From a virus (lineage: Duplodnaviria > Caudoviricetes), in IMG/VR virus record IMGVR_UViG_3300035493_000006, positions 1-43,670 of that record: 43,670 nt of DNA; one strand, given 5' to 3'. Below are positions 1 through 7,283 of this stretch, in pieces; within the stretch, counting starts at the first letter, position 1, and every line of letters begins with the position of its first letter. Position numbers and translations under genes: made by a program. A model generated the notes under the pieces. It was not told the origin of the DNA, ran no database searches, and saw only the letters and a list, made by a program, of their open reading frames with translations.

Positions 1-178
1 GAGGGCGTAGCCGTGGATTTAATAAGAGAAACTATTCGGTATGACGGGGGAAAAGGCCGCCTTGTCTGGGCGCGTTCCCGTGGTTTTATCCGTGCCGGAG
101 AGGTAGCGGGGGGAATGGTTAACGGAGCTATGTACGTTACGCTGGACGGAACGCGGTACTTAGCGAAGGATATCGTAT
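1..178. repeat. Left copy of 178-bp terminal direct repeat (circular assembly overlap)
   Basis: Identical to 43493-43670 except A51 vs G43543 (GGA/GGG, both Gly in the HNH-like ORF). Confidence 0.97.
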
Positions 179-441
179 GGTACTTAGTTCGCGGTCAGTG
201 GCCTAAGTCAAGGCTGCACCACCGTAACGGGGATAGGGCCGACGTTAGTATCGAAAACCTTACGTACGATAGAAATAAACGGAAGGCGGCGTCGGACGAG
301 GCGGACTTCGGTATCCGTATTAGCGAGTTCGGTTATACTGTAGTTAAGTTATCCGGCGGCGACGTAGAGGTCCTGGCGACCGAACCAGGGCTCGATAAGG
401 CGCTAAACACGCTTAAGGGGGCGATATTATGTTCGGAGTAG
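13..441 (+). CDS. HNH_3-type endonuclease-like protein, probably degenerate
   Basis: GTG start after GAGGG. YLAKDIVW...GQWP...LHHRNGDRADVSIENL matches the phage HNH pattern AHRLAW..G..P..DHINGDRxDNRIxNL, but with AHR changed to AKD and DN changed to DV. Confidence 0.7.
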   Translation: MDLIRETIRYDGGKGRLVWARSRGFIRAGEVAGGMVNGAMYVTLDGTRYLAKDIVWYLVRGQWPKSRLHHRNGDRADVSIENLTYDRNKRKAASDEADFGIRISEFGYTVVKLSGGDVEVLATEPGLDKALNTLKGAILCSE

Positions 442-1136
442 ATAATCGAGATATACGGGAACTGGAACGAGACCTTAAGACGTTCGCTAATAGAGCGTAC
501 CCGTACGCAACGCGGCAGACGCTAAACGATACGGCATTCCAGGCGCAGAGAATCGCCCGGGAGGACGTCCGTAACGATATGGTCCTCCGTAACCGTTTTA
601 CCGTCCAAAGTATCCAGGTAGACCAGGCGCGTACGCTGGCCGTTAGTAGGCAGGCGGCGACCGTGGGCTCTATCGCGGATTATATGGAGGACCAGGAGTT
701 CGGGGCCACGAAAGCGAAGAAGGGCTCGGAAGGCGTAGCGATAGCGACGTCGTATTCTGCAGGGCAAGGCCAGGACGCCCAGCCACGTACGCGGCTACCG
801 CGTAAGCCCAATAAGCTCGCGAATATCCAGTTACGTAACAAACGGCGCCAGGGTAGCAGCCGTAAGCAGCGTAATTTAATCGCGATTAAGCAGGCGGCCG
901 AGGGCGGCCATAAGTTCGTATTCCTAGACCTCGGGCGACGTAAGGGTATCTTCCGCGTAACAGGCGGCAAGCGTAACCCTAAAATCCGTATGGTCCACGA
1001 CCTAACCAGGCAGTCGGTAGTAATCCCTAAGAACCCATGGCTTAAGCCTGCGTTCGACGAAGCAGCGCGAATGGTGCCGGCCTTCTACGCCGACGCGCTC
1101 CGCTTCCAGGCGAGACGTAACGGCCTGTTCCGCTAG
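429..1136 (+). CDS. Lambda gpZ-like tail completion / virion morphogenesis protein
   Basis: N-terminal helix with ATRQTLNDTAFQAQ, basic middle region and C-terminal PWLKPAF resemble gpZ-like minor tail proteins; assignment is by pattern only. Confidence 0.5.
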   Translation: MFGVDNRDIRELERDLKTFANRAYPYATRQTLNDTAFQAQRIAREDVRNDMVLRNRFTVQSIQVDQARTLAVSRQAATVGSIADYMEDQEFGATKAKKGSEGVAIATSYSAGQGQDAQPRTRLPRKPNKLANIQLRNKRRQGSSRKQRNLIAIKQAAEGGHKFVFLDLGRRKGIFRVTGGKRNPKIRMVHDLTRQSVVIPKNPWLKPAFDEAARMVPAFYADALRFQARRNGLFR

Positions 1137-1172
1137 CGGCCCGTAGCCGCTCCGAGGCGGCCAGAAAATAAA

Positions 1173-1215
1173 AGGTACTGCGGGACCCCACCCCCTAGCC
1201 CGCAGTTTTGATTCG
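1173..1215 (+). other. Candidate cos/packaging-site region (cosQ-like AGGTACT plus ACTGCGGG/CCCGCAGT inverted repeat)
   Basis: Non-coding gap just upstream of terS, where cos lies in phages with GpA-type terminase. AGGTACT (1173-1179) resembles lambda cosQ GGGTCCT. An 8-bp inverted repeat at 1177-1184/1199-1206 is followed by TTT, so it could alternatively be a terminator. Confidence 0.4.
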
Positions 1216-1255
1216 ACCGCGCAGGCCTCGCACAGAATCGGACTTTTCGCGGCGC

Positions 1256-1284
1256 TTTGCATTCGAGGGGAGGGGCGCTATAAT
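1256..1284 (+). promoter_or_regulatory. Sigma70-like promoter for terS (TTTGCA-N17-TATAAT) with KOPS octamer GGGGAGGG in the spacer
   Basis: Perfect TATAAT at 1279-1284, TTGCAT at 1257-1262, GGGGAGGG at 1267-1274. Confidence 0.65.
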
Positions 1285-1294
1285 CCCCTATGCC

Positions 1295-2173
1295 ATGCAA
1301 AATTTAATTTCTAAATCCAAATTCGCCCAGATGGCAGGCGTTAACCCTTCTACAGTGACGCGGCTAAGCGAAACCATTCTTAAGGCGGCTATCGTCGGTA
1401 AGAAGGTCGACTCCGCCCACCCAGACGCGGTTAAGTACCTGCAGGATAGGGAGCGAGAACAGACTCCGCCGGCTGCTACAGGCCTCGACCCGCTCTACGA
1501 AGAAGCGGTCGCAGCTTGCGACGCAGCGGGCCGGTACTCGATAACATTCGTACAGAAGGCGTTACGAGTGGGGTATAACCGCGCCTCGAAGTTAGTCGGC
1601 GTTATGAAGGCTAACGGCCTGGTCCCAGACCCGGAAGGCGAGAAAGTAACGCTTACGTCGGAAGAAGCCCCACCCGTGGTTATGGATAAAGCGGTCGCCG
1701 AGCGCCTGGGGCTACTTGGCGGAAAGCCACGCGGCCAGGCTGCGGTTAAGGAGGCGAAGAAGCGCTCCGCACCGCCGGAGGATTACGTCTTCGAAGTGCC
1801 GGAGGATATCCAGGCGTTCGCCGATATGACACTCCGCGAGCTGGTGGAAAAGTTCGGTACCGACGTACGCTTCCTGGATTGGTTGAAGGCCACAAAGGCT
1901 ATAGAGGATATCAACGAAAAGCGCCTTAAGAACGCGCAGACGAAGGGCGAGTTAGTTAGCCGCTCACTGGTTAGGGTCGGCATAGTAGAGCCCATAGACT
2001 CGGCCCATATTAAGTTACTTACGGATGGCGCGAAAACTATCGCCAGGCGTTCTACGGCCATGCACGACGCCGGCCGAGACCTGGAAGATATCGAGAAGTT
2101 CGTCGCCGACCAGATATCGAGCTTTATTCGCCCGGTTAAGGCGAAGGTAGCGAGGGCGTTAAAGGATGCCTAA
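1295..2173 (+). CDS. terS: Terminase small subunit (Nu1-like) with inserted FtsK gamma domain
   Basis: Overlaps the terL start. N-terminal HTH (LISKSKFAQMAGVNPSTVTRL), C-terminal Nu1-like RLKNAQTKGELVSR, internal DPLYEEAV...SITFVQKALRVGYNRASKLVGVMKANGLV matching FtsK gamma. ATG 1295 is preferred over TTG 1208 because a promoter lies between them. Confidence 0.85.
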   Translation: MQNLISKSKFAQMAGVNPSTVTRLSETILKAAIVGKKVDSAHPDAVKYLQDREREQTPPAATGLDPLYEEAVAACDAAGRYSITFVQKALRVGYNRASKLVGVMKANGLVPDPEGEKVTLTSEEAPPVVMDKAVAERLGLLGGKPRGQAAVKEAKKRSAPPEDYVFEVPEDIQAFADMTLRELVEKFGTDVRFLDWLKATKAIEDINEKRLKNAQTKGELVSRSLVRVGIVEPIDSAHIKLLTDGAKTIARRSTAMHDAGRDLEDIEKFVADQISSFIRPVKAKVARALKDA

Positions 2174-4163
2174 ACTAGAAACACTTGGCGCCGACTGGAT
2201 TATCGAGCAGGTCGGGGGGCTTACGGACGAGATACACCACGTAACGCCGGCGCAGTATAACGAGGAAAACCGCTACTTACCGGAGTCGGTTACCTCTATC
2301 CCTGGATACATTCGCTACGACGTTAACCCGTTTATGCGGGAAATTGTCGATTGCTTCGATATCGATAGCCCGGTCCGGGAAGTGAACCTTAAGAAAGGCG
2401 TACAGATTACCTACTCTACGGTATTGGAATCTGGCGCCCTGTACTTTATGGGTCACGTTAAAACGCTGCCTATCATGTATATGACCGCCGATAAGGAGCT
2501 CGCAGCGGCGCGTATCGAGAATAACTTCTTACCGATGCTTAACCACTCCGGGTTAGCGCATATTATCCGCAGTAGCGACGAAGGTAACAGCCGTAAAACC
2601 GGTAAAACGGCGAATCATTTACAATTCGAGGGGGGCGGTTATCTGGTCCCGTTCGGCGCGAAAAACGCCGACAAAATGCGCTCGTACTCTATCGCCGTGC
2701 TACTTAAGGACGAGGTCGACGCCTGGCCCGATACAGTCGGTAAGGACGGGGACCCGGACGCGCTAAGCGACGACCGATGCTCGGCCTACTGGGAGCGCCG
2801 TAAAATATTCCGGGGGTCCACCCCGCTAATTAAGGGTAAATCAAAAATCGAGGCGGCCTTCCAGCGCGGCGACCAGCGTATCTACCGCGTATTGTGTAAG
2901 GCCTGCGGATTCCCCCAGGCGCTACGCTGGCGTACGGTAGATAAAGACACCGGCGTTATCGGCGGTTTCCAGTGGGAGACGGATAGCGGTATCCTGGTCC
3001 TGGAATCCGTCCGCTATTGTTGCCAGAACTGCGGCGAACCTCACTACGAACACGATAAGGAGCGGCTATTCTCCGAGGACCACGGGGCGCACTGGCACCC
3101 GACGGCCAGACCCGTAGAGCCCGGTATCCGTTCCTACCATCTACCCGCGCTTTACTCGCCTATCGGTATGCAGCCCTGGTATAAGTGCGTAAGCGCCTAC
3201 CTCCGTGGCTTTGACCCTGTAGAACAGAAGGTCCGCGATATTACTAAGTACCAGGTATTTTATAACAATATCCTGGCGGAGCCGTTCGAGATAATGGGCG
3301 CTAAAATTCGCTTTACCAGCGTATCGGCGCACCGGCGCGCGGTTTATCGTCTCGGCCAGATACCGAACGAATACGCGATTAAGAACAGCGGCTCGCCTAT
3401 CCTGTTCCTCACTTGCCAGGTCGACGTACATAAAAATAACCTGGCCGTATCGGTCATGGGCTGGACCCGCGACGCTAAATGCTACGTGGTAGACTACTGG
3501 CGCTTTGAGGTCGAAGGCGACGCCGACGACTGCAGCGAATTAAGTAGTCCGGTATGGGGGCGCCTGCGAGAGCTTATCGAGGAAACCGTCTATACGGCCG
3601 ACAACGGCCGGAAGTACCGGCTAGCGCTTACGCTAATCGACGCCGGCTACGCTAACGATACCGTTACTAATTTCTGTGCGGACTATGCCGCCGGCGTCTA
3701 TCCTATCCTGGGCCGCGACCGACCAGGTAAGAACCAGACTATTAAGGAGTTCGCGGAATTCCGGACCCAGTCCGGTACCGTCGGCTATCGTATCCTGGTC
3801 GACCACTATAAGGACCGGCTAGCCCCGGTACTACGTAGGGAGTGGGCCGAGGAAGCCGGCGAGCAGAAGGCATACCACTTTAACGCACCCGTGGATATCA
3901 CGGATAAGCAGCTTAAGGAGCTTACCGTCGAGACCCGCCGCGAGAAGCAGGACGATAAGGGTAATACGGTTTACTATTGGTACCGCCCTGGTAATGCTCG
4001 TAACGAGTTGTGGGACTTGTTATGCTACGGCCACGCCGGCGTAGAAATCCTGGCCTGGGCTATCTGTATCCAGCACTTCGAATTAAAAACGGTAGACTGG
4101 CCGACCTTCTGGGATTACGCGGAAAGCCCGGGTACGGACGACATATTCGGCCGCGTCGCTTAA
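2166..4163 (+). CDS. terL: Terminase large subunit, lambda GpA family
   Basis: 665 aa. KKGVQITYST Walker A variant, LLKDEVD Walker B, GSTP coupling motif, CKAC/CQNC zinc motifs, QVDV and IDAGY nuclease motifs, RNELWDLLCY C-terminal motif. Confidence 0.95.
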   Translation: MPKLETLGADWIIEQVGGLTDEIHHVTPAQYNEENRYLPESVTSIPGYIRYDVNPFMREIVDCFDIDSPVREVNLKKGVQITYSTVLESGALYFMGHVKTLPIMYMTADKELAAARIENNFLPMLNHSGLAHIIRSSDEGNSRKTGKTANHLQFEGGGYLVPFGAKNADKMRSYSIAVLLKDEVDAWPDTVGKDGDPDALSDDRCSAYWERRKIFRGSTPLIKGKSKIEAAFQRGDQRIYRVLCKACGFPQALRWRTVDKDTGVIGGFQWETDSGILVLESVRYCCQNCGEPHYEHDKERLFSEDHGAHWHPTARPVEPGIRSYHLPALYSPIGMQPWYKCVSAYLRGFDPVEQKVRDITKYQVFYNNILAEPFEIMGAKIRFTSVSAHRRAVYRLGQIPNEYAIKNSGSPILFLTCQVDVHKNNLAVSVMGWTRDAKCYVVDYWRFEVEGDADDCSELSSPVWGRLRELIEETVYTADNGRKYRLALTLIDAGYANDTVTNFCADYAAGVYPILGRDRPGKNQTIKEFAEFRTQSGTVGYRILVDHYKDRLAPVLRREWAEEAGEQKAYHFNAPVDITDKQLKELTVETRREKQDDKGNTVYYWYRPGNARNELWDLLCYGHAGVEILAWAICIQHFELKTVDWPTFWDYAESPGTDDIFGRVA

Positions 4164-4166
4164 TAT

Positions 4167-4195
4167 TTTGCTATTTATTGGCCAGGCGGTATACT
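4167..4195 (+). promoter_or_regulatory. Sigma70-like promoter for the gpW-portal operon (TTTGCT-N17-TATACT)
   Basis: Intergenic. Same layout as the terS promoter: TTTGC, 17-bp spacer ending GGCG(C/G), TATA(A/C)T. Confidence 0.6.
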
Positions 4196-4246
4196 GTACG
4201 CTACTAATACCAGATTATTTTAACTACCCGAGGGCGGGGCTATGTA

Positions 4247-4501
4247 ATGGACGCAGCTTTCCTACAGGCACGAATTGACGCGACGAAAGCGCAAATTATA
4301 GCGTACGAAGACGCGGCTACGGCTTTGGCTAGTGGCGGCGTACAGTCGTATACGCTTGATACCGGGCAGAGCCGCCAGACCGTTACCCGTCTCGACCTTG
4401 ATAACCTGCAAAAGACTATAGACTCCCTCTATAACCGACTGGCTACCTTAGAAGCCCGGCTTAATGGGAGCGGAACGATAACCGCGAGGCCAGCATGGTA
4501 A
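4247..4501 (+). CDS. Head completion protein, gpW-like
   Basis: 84 aa between TerL and portal; helix-hairpin-helix pattern (VQSYTLDTGQSRQTVTRLDL). Confidence 0.8.
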   Translation: MDAAFLQARIDATKAQIIAYEDAATALASGGVQSYTLDTGQSRQTVTRLDLDNLQKTIDSLYNRLATLEARLNGSGTITARPAW

Positions 4502-6171
4502 GTCTAAACCCGCTTAACTGGTTCCGCAGTAAAGACGCGGAAACGAATAGCAACGTAACAGCCGTAGACGAGCTGGACCCGTTCGCCTATTCCGGGCAGA
4601 CTGCTTTTTCTCCCTGGGAGTCGTCTATCTTCGACGGCGGTAAATTTTTCGGGGGCTTCGGCCCGACACAGATACAGCTAACCGACTACTGGACGCTACG
4701 CGCCAGGTCCGCCCAACTATTTAACGAAAACCTCTACGCCCGTGGCCTTATCCGTCGCCTCGTTACTAACGAGATAAATACCGGTTTAACTCCGGAAGCG
4801 GCGCCCGACGAGCAAATTATCGGCGTAGCGGAAGATAGCCTTAACGACTGGACCGAGACGGTAGAAAACCGCTTCGGTATCTGGTCAAAATCTCCGGAGC
4901 TATGCGACTGGAAAGCTACCTCGACTTTTGGGGCTATCCAACGCGCGGCCCGCGCCGAAGCACTCATTAGCGGCGACGTCCTGGTCGTACTGCGCCAGTC
5001 CCAGCGTACTAAATTACCTATGGTACAGCTCGTTAGCGGTAGTAAAGTCCAGACGCCATTAGGCGGCGAAGTTAATATCCGGAAAGGCCACATAATCCGC
5101 CACGGCGTTGAATTCGATACCGTAGGGCGAGTAGCCGCGCACTGGATTAAACAGGACGACGGTAGCTCGAAACGTATACCGGCATTCGGCGAGAAGTCCG
5201 GCCGCCGTATCTCCTGGCTGGTTTACGGGTCCGATAAGCGACTCGACGACGTTCGCGGCCAGCCGTTGCTATCCCTGGTACTGCAATCCCTTAAAGAAAT
5301 CGATCGTTACCGCGATAGCGCGCAGCGTAAGGCCGTTATTAACTCCGTCCTCGCTATGTTTATCGAGAAGACGGAAGACAAAGCCGGCACCCTTCCGGTA
5401 ACTGGTGGCGCGGTCCGCCGCGATAAAGCGACGACGACTGATAGCGACGGGAAAAAGCGCTCGTTTAATATCGCTAACCAGATACCAGGCTTAGTAATGG
5501 AAGAACTACAGACCGGAGAAAAGCCGGTCGGATTCCATAGCCAGGGTACCGACGTTAATTTCGGTACGTTCGAAGAAGCGATTATCCAGGCCGTAGCGTG
5601 GGCGAACGAAATACCGCCAGAAATACTACGCCTAGCCTTTTCGAATAATTACTCGGCGAGCCAGGCGGCTATTAACGAATTTAAAATCTATCTTAATAAA
5701 GTCTGGTCGGACTGGGGCGAAACTTTCTGTACTCCGGTATACGTGGAATGGCTGCTTAGCGAAACGCTACTGCAGAAAATCCGCGCGCCAGGTCTACTCG
5801 ATTCCTGGCGGGACCCGCGTAAATACGATATTTTCGGCGCGTGGGTTTCTACGGATTGGTACGGCTCGATTAAGCCTTCTACCGATATGCTTAAGCAAGC
5901 TAAAGGCTCTAAAATGCTGGTGGACGAGGGCTGGTCGACTAACGCCCGCGAGGCCCGTATTACGACCGGGACAAAATTTTCTAAGAACATTAAGCGGCTT
6001 AAGCGCGAAAACGAGCTTAAAGTCGAAGCAGCTAGGCCCCTGGCGGAGTTCCGCGCAGAGTTCGGCGACCAGGTGGCGGAAGAAACTATCGGAGCCCTGG
6101 ACGGTCCGGAGGAATTGGAAGCTATGCTCGACGAGTATTTAGAAGAAAAGTGGCTCGTAAATGCTGGATAA
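4495..6171 (+). CDS. Portal protein, lambda gpB family
   Basis: LRARSAQLFNENLYARG, VRGQPLL and NYSASQAA motifs; 558 aa; position in the head block. Confidence 0.93.
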   Translation: MVSLNPLNWFRSKDAETNSNVTAVDELDPFAYSGQTAFSPWESSIFDGGKFFGGFGPTQIQLTDYWTLRARSAQLFNENLYARGLIRRLVTNEINTGLTPEAAPDEQIIGVAEDSLNDWTETVENRFGIWSKSPELCDWKATSTFGAIQRAARAEALISGDVLVVLRQSQRTKLPMVQLVSGSKVQTPLGGEVNIRKGHIIRHGVEFDTVGRVAAHWIKQDDGSSKRIPAFGEKSGRRISWLVYGSDKRLDDVRGQPLLSLVLQSLKEIDRYRDSAQRKAVINSVLAMFIEKTEDKAGTLPVTGGAVRRDKATTTDSDGKKRSFNIANQIPGLVMEELQTGEKPVGFHSQGTDVNFGTFEEAIIQAVAWANEIPPEILRLAFSNNYSASQAAINEFKIYLNKVWSDWGETFCTPVYVEWLLSETLLQKIRAPGLLDSWRDPRKYDIFGAWVSTDWYGSIKPSTDMLKQAKGSKMLVDEGWSTNAREARITTGTKFSKNIKRLKRENELKVEAARPLAEFRAEFGDQVAEETIGALDGPEELEAMLDEYLEEKWLVNAG

Positions 6172-6853
6172 ATTGACGGCCGCCGTAAAGCAACTTTTAA
6201 CCGATAACCGCGACTTCTCTACCAGGCTGGAACGTCTGGAAAAAGTTAAGCCGGCCGTCGTTAATGGCAGGGACGGGAAAGACGGAAAGGACGGCGTTAG
6301 CCCGGATATCGAAACTATCGTCGCCGCCGTTGTTAATGAATTACCGGGGCCGGAAAAAATCGATACGAAAGCTATCGTTAACGACGTCCTGGCCCAGATT
6401 CCAAAGCCACGCGACGGGCGGGACGCGCCAGCCGTTAACGTATCAGACGTAGCGGCTATCGTACTGGCTAAAATCCCTACGCCTAAAGACGGAAAGGACG
6501 GCCATAACGGCCCAGACCTGGAAACCGTCGTTAGACGAGTTAAGGCCCAGGTAAAAGACGGCAAGCCCGGCGAGCGTGGGCCGAAAGGCGATAAAGGCGA
6601 GCCGGGTAAAGACGGCGTTAGCGTTACAGACGTCCAGCTTAAAAATAACGAGCTATTCGTCTGGCTTGATGGCGTTAAGCGCGCCGTCGGTAAAATTAAA
6701 ATGCCGGCGGTTACAGCTCCGTTTAGTCCTGGCAATGGCGGCGGCGGAATACCTAAGCTACCCGACGATATCGCGCGTATAGGCCTTTTTGACTATAACG
6801 ACCTGGCTACCCAGACCACGCCGATAAATATACCTTCGGGGCCCGTTTACTAA
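6161..6853 (+). CDS. Collagen-like (Gly-X-Y) head-fibre-like protein, N-terminal part of a frameshifted gene
   Basis: GRDGKDGKDG and GKPGERGPKGDKGEPGKDG triplets, repeated PKPRDG/PTPKDG units; stops abruptly at 6853 while the +1 frame continues. Confidence 0.75.
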   Translation: MLDKLTAAVKQLLTDNRDFSTRLERLEKVKPAVVNGRDGKDGKDGVSPDIETIVAAVVNELPGPEKIDTKAIVNDVLAQIPKPRDGRDAPAVNVSDVAAIVLAKIPTPKDGKDGHNGPDLETVVRRVKAQVKDGKPGERGPKGDKGEPGKDGVSVTDVQLKNNELFVWLDGVKRAVGKIKMPAVTAPFSPGNGGGGIPKLPDDIARIGLFDYNDLATQTTPINIPSGPVY

Positions 6854-7223
6854 GCGGGAGTTTGCGCCTAAAGGCGTCGGCGATATCTGGGACGCGGATA
6901 ACGGCGTCTTCGACTGGACCGCTTTAAAAGCCGGCGATATGGTCGACTTACGTTTAGACTTAAGTATCACAACAACCAGCCCGAACCAGACGGTTATAGT
7001 AGAACTTTTAGTCGCTATAGGCGGCTTCGAGTATACCGTCCCGTTCGTGCAAGCTAACGTAAAAACCGTAGGTACGTACCCGGTTAACCGGTATAACGGT
7101 ATTTACATGGGCGACGATAATACGTTACTTAATGGGGCTAAATTCCGTGTACGCTCCGACGCCCCCGCTACTATGGTAGTAAACGGCTGGTACTGTAAGG
7201 TACTGCTACGCGGGTTAAGTTGA
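6840..7223 (+). CDS. C-terminal beta-rich domain of the collagen-like protein (+1 frame continuation)
   Basis: Frame open from 6828 to 7223, reading GPFTKREFAPKGVGDIWDADNGVFDWTALKAGDMVDLRLD...; protein-like well upstream of ATG 6939, which has no clear RBS. Confidence 0.6.
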   Translation, partial: GPFTKREFAPKGVGDIWDADNGVFDWTALKAGDMVDLRLDLSITTTSPNQTVIVELLVAIGGFEYTVPFVQANVKTVGTYPVNRYNGIYMGDDNTLLNGAKFRVRSDAPATMVVNGWYCKVLLRGLS

Positions 7224-7230
7224 CGTTATT

Positions 7231-7259
7231 TTGACGACGAGGGCAACGTCTAGTAATAT
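7231..7259 (+). promoter_or_regulatory. Sigma70-like promoter for the protease-capsid operon (TTGACG-N17-TAATAT)
   Basis: Intergenic near-consensus hexamers with 17-bp spacing, followed by RBS AGGAG; same hexamers as the promoter at 41457. Confidence 0.75.
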
Positions 7260-7283
7260 GCTACGAAACAGGAGATTAACCCA

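Noticed and set aside
1208-1294. Upstream TTG start for TerS given by the ORF track
   Set aside because: The extension spans the predicted cos and promoter region; the HTH begins right after ATG 1295.
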